Origin: Candidatus Desulfobia pelagia
GTDB taxonomy: Bacteria > Desulfobacterota > Desulfobulbia > Desulfobulbales > SURF-16
Assembly: GCA_014382295.1 (NCBI GenBank)
Contig: JACNJZ010000045.1
Span: 6,017 to 70,016 of the forward strand
DNA length: 64,000 nucleotides
Direction: 5' to 3'
The stretch's first letter is position 1, and every line of letters begins with the position of its first letter. Below are positions 39,455 through 47,992 of this stretch, piece by piece. The notes beneath the pieces were generated by a model, which searched no databases, was not told where the DNA came from, and worked only from the letters and a program-made list of their open reading frames with translations. The translations under genes and the position numbers were made by a program.

Positions 39455-41554
39455 TTACGCTTCGGGCGGTTTTTCGCCACGGCTTATGGAAACAAAGGAT
39501 TCACAGAGATTAAGCCCCCCTCCTGCCTCATCCATTTTATCAAGGAGTCCGCTCATCAAACGCTGATCGCTCACTCCCTTGTTATACGTTCTTGTCTGTT
39601 TTGGAACTTGTCGTCCGAAACCATGAACTGTAAAGACAGCTTCAGGATGGATAAAATCGGTTACGTGTGCCGGAACAGTTCCCGTATAGCCGTCTGCACC
39701 GGTCATATTCACCCAGTCGCCATTTTTGATCCCCAACTTTGCTGCCTCAGCCGTGTTGATTGACACATAATTATAGGGCATCATCTCATTTAACAGCGGG
39801 TTATTCTGGGTATGGCTGTGGGTATGCAGGCCGCAGCGGCCAAAAACAAGACGATATTTCCCCTCCGGCGGCGCCTCTGGACTCTCGTACGGTTTTAATG
39901 ATTCCAACCCGGCCTTGGTCAGCTTCTCGCTTACTATCTCAATTTTCCCCGACGGGGTTTTAAATTTTCCTTCTAAGTTGTCAGGCTCTGGCGGAATGGG
40001 TGTATCCGTTAATGAAATAAATCCCTTTTCATCAAAATCCTCAATAGTATATCCAGTCGGTTCAAGCTGCCAGTCCCAAAGCTCCTCAATGGAATTGTAC
40101 GGAAAGTATTCATCTACACCCATTCGTGTTGCCAGTTGCTTAAAAATTTCCCAACTCGGTTTCGTGTCAAAAATAGGGTCGATTGCCTTCTTGCGTCGAG
40201 CGAGTCGTGGTTTCGCTCCTTTCTGCACGACAATGTGATTATCCCGCTCCAGGAAAGTGGCATGGGGAAGAATTACATCTGAAAACCAGCCATATTCGCT
40301 GTAATGAACATCAATGGAAACAAGTAATTCACAATTATTAAGTAATGCTTTTTGCGCCTCCGGATCTGGCATCTGAGTGAAAAGATCATGACGCATGGCG
40401 ACCCAGGCCTTAACCGGATAAGGTGAACCGGTCTTCATGGCCTCAAAATTCAGGTGTGCAAGACCGGGTCCCTTATCAAAATGAGTATATTTTTTACCGA
40501 CACCATCAGCCCTTTCGATGTCAGGTTTTGGGCAGTCAAGTGCTCTCGGACCTTTTTTTCCACAATCTCCGGGTCCCCTTGGAATGAGCAGCCCCCCTTT
40601 CTGTTCAATAGAGCCCATGAGCGCATTGATGGTATGAATGGCGCGGCTGGCGTAAAACGAATCTCTGTAACGGGTAAGCATCCAACCGGGATGGAAAATA
40701 ATACTCGGCCTATCGTCATTAATTTCCCGGACAAAATCCTTAATGGCGCCTTCCTCAACCCCGCACTCTTTTGCAGCCCAAGCCGGCGTATATTGTTCAA
40801 CAAAATCGCTTAATTCGCTGAAACCGGAAACCCATTGACTGACAAAGTCATTATCATAGGCTCCCTCCTTGATGATCTGATGCAGAATCCCAAGGCACAG
40901 GGCATAGTCCGTTCCGGGGCGTACCAGGAAAAATCGGGTTGCTTTGTTACTTGTCTTGGTCTGCCGGACATCCACATAGGTCAGGCGACCGCCGTTATCA
41001 AGCATGTCAAGAACCTGACGGTTTTCGGGTATGCGTAATGAATCAAAGGTGTTGCGGCCAAAGAGGACCAAGTGCCGAGAATTCTTGATATCATACTGGA
41101 AACCCTTTCGGCCAACGCCATTAATTGACAGACTGGCATGATGGGTGTTTCTGCCACAGGTATCATCATGGTTGGTATAATTTGGTGATCCAATGGCATG
41201 GCAAAAAGTTTTATACATATCCTGCCATGGGCCACCCCTCGAAGAAACAACTATAGATTCAGCTCCATATTTTTCCCTGATTCCTTTCAGTTTATCGGCA
41301 ACATAATCAAGGGCTTCATCCCAGCTTGCAGTGCGCCATTTACCCTCACCCCTTTCACCTTGCCGGATAAGCGGTTGCTGCGGTCTCTGCTGGTCTTTAG
41401 TAAGGGCAATCCCGGCTGTTCCCCGTGCACAAAGGGCACCGTTCAACAAATGCGGATTGCCCTCTATCCAGGTTACCTTATTATTTTCAGACTCAACGCG
41501 GATAGGACAACGAACAGTACACATTCCGCACATGGTGTACACAGATTTTTTCAT
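39455..41554 (-). CDS. Molybdopterin (Mo/W-bisPGD) oxidoreductase catalytic subunit, Psr/Phs-like, no Tat signal (start trimmed to MKKSVYTMCGMC)
   Basis: The track ORF is 720 aa. I prefer M22 as the start because AGGAG lies 8 nt upstream. It has an N-terminal CGMCTVRCP...C..G [4Fe-4S] motif and a candidate Mo-ligand Cys in SPNYTNHDDTCGRN, which is Psr/Phs/Arr-type spacing. No RR-type twin-arginine leader is present. Confidence 0.8.
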   Translation of the reverse strand: MKKSVYTMCGMCTVRCPIRVESENNKVTWIEGNPHLLNGALCARGTAGIALTKDQQRPQQPLIRQGERGEGKWRTASWDEALDYVADKLKGIREKYGAESIVVSSRGGPWQDMYKTFCHAIGSPNYTNHDDTCGRNTHHASLSINGVGRKGFQYDIKNSRHLVLFGRNTFDSLRIPENRQVLDMLDNGGRLTYVDVRQTKTSNKATRFFLVRPGTDYALCLGILHQIIKEGAYDNDFVSQWVSGFSELSDFVEQYTPAWAAKECGVEEGAIKDFVREINDDRPSIIFHPGWMLTRYRDSFYASRAIHTINALMGSIEQKGGLLIPRGPGDCGKKGPRALDCPKPDIERADGVGKKYTHFDKGPGLAHLNFEAMKTGSPYPVKAWVAMRHDLFTQMPDPEAQKALLNNCELLVSIDVHYSEYGWFSDVILPHATFLERDNHIVVQKGAKPRLARRKKAIDPIFDTKPSWEIFKQLATRMGVDEYFPYNSIEELWDWQLEPTGYTIEDFDEKGFISLTDTPIPPEPDNLEGKFKTPSGKIEIVSEKLTKAGLESLKPYESPEAPPEGKYRLVFGRCGLHTHSHTQNNPLLNEMMPYNYVSINTAEAAKLGIKNGDWVNMTGADGYTGTVPAHVTDFIHPEAVFTVHGFGRQVPKQTRTYNKGVSDQRLMSGLLDKMDEAGGGLNLCESFVSISRGEKPPEA

Positions 41555-41640
41555 TAGCTTTTCTCCTTTTCGATGAGGGCGATGCTGGCCCACCCCTTGG
41601 CATTCAAGATGCCGCATATACTGTAAACTGTTTTTTTCAT
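41554..41640 (-). other. 28-codon upstream ORF whose start mimics the oxidoreductase start; its TAA overlaps the main ATG (TAATG)
   Basis: The uORF begins ATGAAAAAAACAGTTTACAGTATATGCGGCAT (MKKTVYSICGI...). The main gene begins ATGAAAAAATCTGTGTACACCATGTGCGGAAT (MKKSVYTMCGM...). That is 24/32 nt identity by hand alignment. Confidence 0.4.
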
Positions 41641-41776
41641 AATTTACTCTTTAAACAAATAGTTTCGTCTGATACCGTATAAGGAAAGTTGGGAAATCTT
41701 TCCCGACACCTCAGAATCTACACAGGTATGCCAATCAACAGAACTGGAATGCGAAACATGATTTCAATATGGAAGA

Positions 41777-42133
41777 TTAAGAAAGAACTTTGGCTACCTT
41801 TTCTTCCAGTTCCTCCTTGTCAATGGGCTTGACGCAGTATTCCTGGGCGCCAAGAGCCAGAGACTGGCGTGCTGTTTCAATGGTTGGATATCCGGTGAGC
41901 ATAATCACCCTTATTTCGGGATAAACTGCTTTAATTTCAGCCAACACCTCCACGCCGCTCATCTTTTTCAGTTTGATGTCAAGTATGACGAGATCCACCG
42001 TGTTGGACTTAATAAAATCAATAGCATCTTCCTCTTCAGTAAAGGTATGGACTTCATGGTCCTTTCTTTCGAGGATTCTTTTTATCAGAATTCCGGCATC
42101 ATAAACGTCATCTAATACCATAATGCGTGCCAT
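41777..42133 (-). CDS. Single-domain CheY-like response regulator (start trimmed to MARIMVLDD)
   Basis: The REC pattern is MARIMVLDD...DLVILDIKLKKMSG...VIMLTGY...CVKP. The 51 upstream codons of track ORF 41777..42286 overlap the preceding gene and were discarded. Confidence 0.85.
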   Translation of the reverse strand: MARIMVLDDVYDAGILIKRILERKDHEVHTFTEEEDAIDFIKSNTVDLVILDIKLKKMSGVEVLAEIKAVYPEIRVIMLTGYPTIETARQSLALGAQEYCVKPIDKEELEEKVAKVLS

Positions 42134-42138
42134 TTGAT

Positions 42139-42783
42139 TTACTCCGTCTGATGTACCGGTAACATAGAACCGGTCGAGGGTCTTCGAGCAGACAATCCCG
42201 CCCTGTCGGCAAGAAAACAGCCGATCAACGTAAAAACATATGCAAGAAGAAAGACGACAGTAATACTCACCCCCTGCATAGCCCACCCCTTGTCTGACAA
42301 ATCAATGAGGTAGGGGGAGCCAAATTGGCTGATGAGCTTCTCTGATGGGAAAACAGTGCTCAGCCAATACTGAGAGAGAAAGAGAGGAATCATATACACT
42401 TGCATGTGTCTGGCGAAACGCTGGGCCAGGTACGTGTTGAAATCCTCATCTATTTCATTGTCTGTATACCGGTACAAAGAATCTCGTGCTTTCCAGTCGT
42501 TAAGTAGGTCAATATTCTTCTGCTGTAAACGTTGTGCTGTGAATTTTTCTTTGAACAGTTGATCTCTCTGGACAACCTTCATCCACCGACGAAGAAGTCG
42601 TGACAGCAGAGCGGTAGCCACGGCCACCAGGATGACCTGCCAGAGCACCGGGACATGCAGCACCATAAGGGGCTTGATAATGATCCACTCAAGTCCCATA
42701 CCGATAAGGGTAAAAAAAGGGCTGATCAGAGACTCAAAAAACCAGTCCAGAATGAATATAAATTGCTGAATCAATGTATCCAT
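42139..42783 (-). CDS. Membrane protein of unknown function
   Basis: 214 aa. About 3-4 hydrophobic segments separated by a charged coiled region (KEKFTAQRLQQKNIDLLNDWKARD). I recognise no family. Confidence 0.5.
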   Translation of the reverse strand: MDTLIQQFIFILDWFFESLISPFFTLIGMGLEWIIIKPLMVLHVPVLWQVILVAVATALLSRLLRRWMKVVQRDQLFKEKFTAQRLQQKNIDLLNDWKARDSLYRYTDNEIDEDFNTYLAQRFARHMQVYMIPLFLSQYWLSTVFPSEKLISQFGSPYLIDLSDKGWAMQGVSITVVFLLAYVFTLIGCFLADRAGLSARRPSTGSMLPVHQTE

Positions 42784-42803
42784 AATTGTATGTCAGGTTA
42801 TTT

Positions 42804-42842
42804 CCCCGAAATTCGCCAATAATCCTGTAGCGAATTCCGGGG
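42804..42842. promoter_or_regulatory. 13-bp inverted repeat (CCCCGAAATTCGC / GCGAATTCCGGGG) in an intra-operon spacer
   Basis: Read directly from the sequence. It lies between the TauE-fusion stop (42875) and the next gene start (42783). No U-tract follows. Confidence 0.4.
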
Positions 42843-42874
42843 AATTGTCTTCATTTGTTTCCGGCTAAAATTTC

Positions 42875-44569
42875 TTAGCGCAAGAAAGGAATAGCATTAG
42901 TATACTTCAAGAACACGATAATCAGGGCCAGTGCCAGCATTCGTTTCAAGAAGATTTCCGGAAGCTTTTTCTGGATTTTTGGTCCCACCATACCGCCACC
43001 CATGGCGCCAGCAGCAATACAGGCAGCCATAATCCAGTCAGGTTGATAACCCATCATGGCATATTTGGCGATAGCACCTGTTGAGGTGGCGAAGGTCCCG
43101 GCCAGGGCGATGGGTACGGCCAGATACATTGGATAGCCTGCCATGGTGGTCATGAACGGCATGAACATGAAGCCGCCGCCAACGCCAAAGGAGGATGCGA
43201 TAATACCCATAAGGAGGCCGGCGATCAGCATCATCAAAGGACGGGCGACAAAGGTCTCACCCCAGAACCGCATGTCAAACTTCATGAAATTAAATTTGTC
43301 GAATTCCACCTTGCCAAGTTCCATGGCCTTACCTGTTGCTTTGGCTTCTTTTACTGCCGCATTAAATTTCTGGATTATGGCCTTCATGGCCTTTTTCTTT
43401 TCAATGGATCCCGGCAGCGATTCTATAAAGAGTTTAATGCCGATAACCAGGCAGATGATACCCAAGTAAAATTTAAACGCCGCAAGATTCAAATACTTGG
43501 CCGAAAGGGGGGGGCCAATAAAAAAGGCGCCTAAGACAATACCGATGGCAAAAAAGATGGCAACAGGCCAGGCAAATCTTTTTTCCTTGAAATAGGTCAT
43601 GAGACCGGTAATGGGCGAACACAGGGTCAGGAACAGGTTCGTGGGTTTGATGGTGTTACCGGCATTAATACCGATGGGACCCTTGGTGCCGATGACGGTA
43701 ATCTGGAAGGCTGCGGTGAACAGACCGCCTGCCGCGCCCATGATAACAAAGAGCACGCCAATAATGAAGGAGCCGCCAATAACGATTAGCGGATTCATAT
43801 AGACACTACCGGTTTTAAAGAAGAACGTCGATTTTTCAATGGTAATAGGAGTGTCTATTTTCTCACCGTTAACATAGATTGCCAATTTTGTGTTTGGTGC
43901 CAGGTGTTTATAGGGCGTCATAGCCACAGAGAACTTGCCGGTAGTTTTATCCAGTTTCAAGGAAACACCTTTGTTCCATGCTTCATTCTGGACGCCGGAA
44001 TCGGTCATGATCATCCTGGCATTGCCGCCGCCGATGGGGAGTTCCTTGGCTACGGTGTTGATGCCAAACTTTTTCTCATGGGTAAAGGTCAGAAATTTCC
44101 ATTGGGCCTCGGAGTTAATAGGACCAAGCATTGATTTGACCGCAGGATCGATGTCACCCCATTGCTTGATTTTGTTGACCTTGACCTTAAATTTAAAGGG
44201 CGGGAAGGCAAATACGCCTGATGTCTGGCCCTTATCTGATTCCTTCATTTTGGCCAGATTGTCCGGGACATTGGTGATAACATAGTAGGCTGGGGGAATA
44301 GCTGTATCGCCAAAGGCGTCTTTGCCGTCTTTGCCATTTGTCAGGCGTTTCTTTTCCTTGGGCCCTGGAGCATCAGCAGGTCTGAACATTTTGTCGCTGC
44401 TGACAACAACATACAGGTCCTCACCCGGAGTGATGGTTCCCTCTATACTTACCGGGGTTCCGGCCTTGACTGTAGTTGATCCGATTGTTGCCTGTACTGC
44501 CCAGCACTGTGAAGCGATTGCCAGTGAGGCTATTGCCGCCAGTAAGGCAAGAAGTGAAATTCGTTTCAT
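42875..44569 (-). CDS. Signal peptide + ~260-aa extracytoplasmic domain of unknown type fused to a TauE/SafE-family permease (start trimmed to MKRISLL)
   Basis: An AGGAGG sits 9 nt upstream of the second ATG. The signal peptide is MKRISLLALLAAIASLAIASQCWA. The C-terminal ~300 aa are polytopic with TauE-type motifs (GAAGGLFTA, FGVGGGFMFMPF). Confidence 0.7.
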   Translation of the reverse strand: MKRISLLALLAAIASLAIASQCWAVQATIGSTTVKAGTPVSIEGTITPGEDLYVVVSSDKMFRPADAPGPKEKKRLTNGKDGKDAFGDTAIPPAYYVITNVPDNLAKMKESDKGQTSGVFAFPPFKFKVKVNKIKQWGDIDPAVKSMLGPINSEAQWKFLTFTHEKKFGINTVAKELPIGGGNARMIMTDSGVQNEAWNKGVSLKLDKTTGKFSVAMTPYKHLAPNTKLAIYVNGEKIDTPITIEKSTFFFKTGSVYMNPLIVIGGSFIIGVLFVIMGAAGGLFTAAFQITVIGTKGPIGINAGNTIKPTNLFLTLCSPITGLMTYFKEKRFAWPVAIFFAIGIVLGAFFIGPPLSAKYLNLAAFKFYLGIICLVIGIKLFIESLPGSIEKKKAMKAIIQKFNAAVKEAKATGKAMELGKVEFDKFNFMKFDMRFWGETFVARPLMMLIAGLLMGIIASSFGVGGGFMFMPFMTTMAGYPMYLAVPIALAGTFATSTGAIAKYAMMGYQPDWIMAACIAAGAMGGGMVGPKIQKKLPEIFLKRMLALALIIVFLKYTNAIPFLR

Positions 44570-44707
44570 TGTATTGTCTCCTCCTTTGGTCAATCCGGGA
44601 AAAGTTTCAATCCCGTTCGACTGTATTGTTTAGTACACGTCAGTTGTTTCTTCCCTTTTATGATTTTGTCACAGCACGCATAACCTCCTTTGCAAAGACG
44701 TTTTTGA

Positions 44708-46264
44708 TCATTTTTCCTCCTTATCGATGTTTTGTGTCTCTTTCCGACAGACCGGCAGCAGCACATGAAACGCCGTGCCTGTGCCGTCTTCTTTATTGGC
44801 AGGACTATCGACTGTGATCCTGCCGTCATGTTCCTGAATGATTCCATAGGAGACGGAAAGTCCCAGGCCGGTGCCCTTGCCCACTCTTTTAGTAGTAAAG
44901 AAAGGATCAAAAATTCTACCTTTCACTTCAGGGGGTATCCCCGGTCCAGTATCACGCACCATGCAATCGATCATTTTTTCTTCGGCAAGGTAGGAGGTGG
45001 TTATGGTAAGGCTCCCTCCATTTTCCATAGCTTGATGGGCGTTGTTTATTATATTGAAAAATACCTGTCGTATTTTCCCCGCATCCCCAGGAACAAGAGG
45101 TAAAGTTTCTGCCAAGATTTTATTCACCTGAATATGGTCAATATCAAGAATATGTTCGGTCACTGCCAGCACTTCATTAACGACTTCATTGAGGTCCAGA
45201 TCTTGTTTAAAACCTCCGGATTGTCTGGAAAACTTCAATAGATCGGCAACAATTTTGCGACAGGCCTTGGCTTGCCTTTCAATAACTATAAGGTTCTGTT
45301 TTTCTTCACTCTCTTTTGGAAAATCATCCTGCATAAGTTGGGCGTAGCCGAGAATGATACCCAGCGGTGTGTTGATCTCATGGGCAACTCCAGCTGCAAG
45401 CTGCCCAACTGAAGCCATTTTTTCCTGGCTTACGAGTTGATCTGTCATGGTCTTGAGCTTCGTCATATCTTTTGCAATACCTTCACACCCGATCATTTGG
45501 CCATGTTCATTGCGGATGGCATTCGCTGTAAGTAAAACATGACAGACAGAACCGTCCTTCTTCTCCATTTCAACCTCAAAATCCCGTACAAAACCATTCT
45601 TGTGAAGGGAAAGCAGATACGCTTCAAGAGCATCATCATTCTTAAAAAAAGAATGGATATTTAAATGTTCGGGAAGTGTGTCGTAGCCCATCATATGCAG
45701 GCCACTGTCATTAATGTCTGAAATAAGTCCTCCATTTGAACAGAAATAGACCATATCCTTGGAATTCTCAAAAAATTGCCTGAATTTTTTCTCAGATTGA
45801 GAAAGTTCAGCGGTTCGCTCTTCCACCATTTCCTCTAAATGCAAGTTTAAACGCATCATTTCGTTGGCCGCATTGATTCGTTGTCTGTTGGCGATTTCCA
45901 GCTTCCTGGCGTTACTTTCGACAATACGAAAGACCTCAACACCTTTATGGTAATAAATAGTGACAGCCGAGACGAAAATCATCATCAAGGAGTTAAACCC
46001 ACCGGAGAACGGCGAGATATGTGCCCATATAGCTTTATTGTCAAATATCAACAGAAACTGTTTGACAATATGACCAACCGCCCTGGAAATAGCAAAAAAC
46101 GCCAACGCAATGCTCAGATAATAAAGAAATCCCCAGATGAAATTTTCCGGCTGCTTGCGGGTCAACAAATAGGCATAACGTAAAGAAAGAAAGGAGAGGA
46201 TAATGATCATTAGTGAACCGATGATATCCGCTAAAGTTGTCGGATAAAGAGGTAGGCTGTTCAT
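44708..46264 (-). CDS. Membrane sensor histidine kinase (multi-TM N-terminus, PAS, HisKA, HATPase_c)
   Basis: 518 aa. H-box [14 protein letters not shown]-box [10 protein letters not shown], and G-boxes DTGPGI / GTGLGLS. Confidence 0.9.
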   Translation of the reverse strand: MNSLPLYPTTLADIIGSLMIIILSFLSLRYAYLLTRKQPENFIWGFLYYLSIALAFFAISRAVGHIVKQFLLIFDNKAIWAHISPFSGGFNSLMMIFVSAVTIYYHKGVEVFRIVESNARKLEIANRQRINAANEMMRLNLHLEEMVEERTAELSQSEKKFRQFFENSKDMVYFCSNGGLISDINDSGLHMMGYDTLPEHLNIHSFFKNDDALEAYLLSLHKNGFVRDFEVEMEKKDGSVCHVLLTANAIRNEHGQMIGCEGIAKDMTKLKTMTDQLVSQEKMASVGQLAAGVAHEINTPLGIILGYAQLMQDDFPKESEEKQNLIVIERQAKACRKIVADLLKFSRQSGGFKQDLDLNEVVNEVLAVTEHILDIDHIQVNKILAETLPLVPGDAGKIRQVFFNIINNAHQAMENGGSLTITTSYLAEEKMIDCMVRDTGPGIPPEVKGRIFDPFFTTKRVGKGTGLGLSVSYGIIQEHDGRITVDSPANKEDGTGTAFHVLLPVCRKETQNIDKEEK

Positions 46265-46827
46265 TCACCCTCCCCATTACTATCATCGGTTTCAACGGAA
46301 TGATAAAAAGTACGTAAAGCCAGAAACAGGAAAAAAAGAGCGGGAACACTGATCAGGTGATCGAATTTAGCTATATAATAGGCAAGTTTGGCAGAGGAAA
46401 ATGGACCATATATTCTCGTGTATAGATAACTACTCTCGGTATAAAAATCACTTCTATTAATATGAACCTCTATAGTATGGCCGACAAATGCAAGAACATT
46501 CCAGGAAAACATAAAGAGGCAGAAAAGGAGGAGATACCCCCAGCCACGCCCGCTAAATGAATTACGTTTTATGTCCCAGGCAAGATATACCAAGGAAGCC
46601 ATAAAAAGAATATGAGCCAACTGGTGTACGATAAGTCCCTCGGGGGCGTCATGAGTTTGCAGAGCCCAGGAAAGGGATGGGTGTAAAATAATAAAAGCTG
46701 TAGTCAGTATACATAAGAACGTTAAGGGTAGACGGTGGAGTATAAATTTCAAACACCTACCCCTGGTGCAGCAAAAATGATGCACCACGTCGAGGTGCCT
46801 ATAGAAAACTATAAATTCCGTCATCAA
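46261..46827 (-). CDS. His-rich polytopic membrane protein of unknown function, translationally coupled to the kinase gene
   Basis: 188 aa. 4-nt overlap with the kinase gene. About 4 TM segments with conserved-looking His residues (HDAPEGLIVHQLAHILF, VGHTIEVH). The start codon is uncertain (TTG 46827 or ATG 46824). Confidence 0.55.
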   Translation of the reverse strand: MMTEFIVFYRHLDVVHHFCCTRGRCLKFILHRLPLTFLCILTTAFIILHPSLSWALQTHDAPEGLIVHQLAHILFMASLVYLAWDIKRNSFSGRGWGYLLLFCLFMFSWNVLAFVGHTIEVHINRSDFYTESSYLYTRIYGPFSSAKLAYYIAKFDHLISVPALFFLFLALRTFYHSVETDDSNGEGE

Positions 46828-46902
46828 TTGCTATCAGCGATTTTCAAAAGTTGAATTTCTCAAAAAAAACTTCAGAACTAATCATTTCTTCACTACTTAA
46901 AG

Positions 46903-46917
46903 GCAGGAACCATGCCA
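46903..46917 (-). promoter_or_regulatory. Candidate sigma54 (-24/-12) promoter TGGCAT-N5-CTGC
   Basis: The minus strand reads TTTGGCATGGTTCCTGCCTT. GG and GC are at the consensus spacing (TGGCAC-N5-TTGC). It lies ~75 nt upstream of the first gene of the 46827-41777 operon. Two CATGCAAC motifs (47011, 47069) lie upstream, the second inside the dyad GCAACCTTTAAGTTGC. Confidence 0.55.
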
Positions 46918-47089
46918 AACTAGAGAACACCGGTTATCCATGCATACAACAATCTAGTAATATCAAGGTGTTGAATAATATATTTTTCTAATATTAATAG
47001 CTCACCCTACCATGCAACATCGACAGAGTGGTAGCCAAACGAGGGAAAACGGTGAAACAATAAAACCGCATGCAACCTTTAAGTTGCGC

Positions 47090-47725
47090 TACTGTGTCGA
47101 CTTCGCGATTGGCAACTTCTTTCTACCTTTGTCGGTGAATCTCTGGCCCTGAAAAAAGCGCACGATCTTATCCCATCCGGCTTGGCTGGGGCTTTTAACC
47201 AAGCCCTTATGGAACTTGGTGCCCTTGTCTGCCTGAAAAAAAATCCTTCCTGTGACTCATGCCCTGTGCTGGATGGATGTAAAGCCTATAAACTAATGAT
47301 CATCAACCAACGCCCGATTCCTGCTCCTCGTAAAAAAACAATTCAAATCAACATGGCCTGTGGTGTTCTCAAAAAAAAACGGCTTATTTTTACCCAGAAA
47401 AAGCAAAAAAAGATGCCGGGGCAGGTCTCTAAGAGTTTCCAGGCGGACGCCTGAAAGACGGAGAAAAACTGGAAGATACTGTAGTCAGAGAAATTAAAAA
47501 GGAGGCAGAGCTTGTCGTATACAATGTCAGGCCTGGTAAAACAGTACAGCATTCATATATGAATTACAGAGTGACACTGCATGGCTTTTTCTATGACCAG
47601 AAAAAAATGAAGCAATAACCCGTTCTTCATGCTGCCCAGGAATGTCGTTGAGTAAGTAGAGAGGAACTTGACGATTTCGCCTTTCCAACTGGCCACCGGA
47701 AACTTATCAAACTTTTATATGGCTC
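47090..47725 (+). pseudogene. Decayed copy of the 3' half of mutY (frameshifted, no 5' half)
   Basis: Track ORF 47182..47454 (AGAFNQALMELGALVCLKKNPSCDSCPVLDGCKAY...QRPIPAPRKKTIQINMACGVLKK) parallels residues ~165-250 of the intact MutY at 61719-62801. The DNA similarity (roughly three quarters identical by eye) continues out of frame to the mutY end (...aattacagagtgacactgcatggcttttt...ccaccggaaacttatcaaactttta). Confidence 0.8.
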
Positions 47726-47732
47726 TTTCTTC

Positions 47733-47900
47733 TTAACAGAAATGACAACACCGTAGATCTGTCATCTCTTTCAAAATTTCGCCGCCACCAAGGATAACGA
47801 CCTGGTCCATTTTTCCCGCCATTTTTTCGACACAGAGAAAATGGAACTCCTGACCGGCAGCCATGCTGTTGAGACGTGCCAGCACGTCTTTAAACCCCAT
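47733..47900 (-). CDS. Possible 55-aa protein ending in CCHFC (below the ORF-track cutoff)
   Basis: My own translation is MGFKDVLARLNSMAAGQEFHFLCVEKMAGKMDQVVILGGGEILKEMTDLRCCHFC. There is no convincing SD, and it sits 92 nt downstream of the GAF-protein gene. Confidence 0.2.
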   Translation of the reverse strand: MGFKDVLARLNSMAAGQEFHFLCVEKMAGKMDQVVILGGGEILKEMTDLRCCHFC

Positions 47901-47992
47901 CAACAATCTTTTCAGTAATCTGTGTCTATTCTTACACGTTTTCTCATATCTCTTTGAGGTAAAATATCTTAAGATTTCAAGTACAATTTTAG

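Noticed and set aside
41555-41617. 21-codon N-terminal extension (MRHLECQGVGQHRPHRKGEKL) of the molybdopterin oxidoreductase ORF
   Set aside because: The internal ATG (MKKSVYTMCGMC) has an AGGAG at ideal spacing and starts right at the FeS motif. The extension has no SD and no Tat or Sec character.
39455-41640. Twin-arginine (Tat) signal or periplasmic location for the molybdoenzyme
   Set aside because: No RRxF[LK]-type leader exists in any in-frame upstream extension, and the FeS partner also lacks a signal. It is therefore treated as cytoplasmic.
41641-41776. Molybdenum-cofactor riboswitch or sigma54 promoter upstream of the oxidoreductase (TGGCATACCTGTGTA at ~41720)
   Set aside because: The conserved Moco-RNA core could not be found by eye. 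The sigma54-like site has GT instead of the invariant GC at -12.
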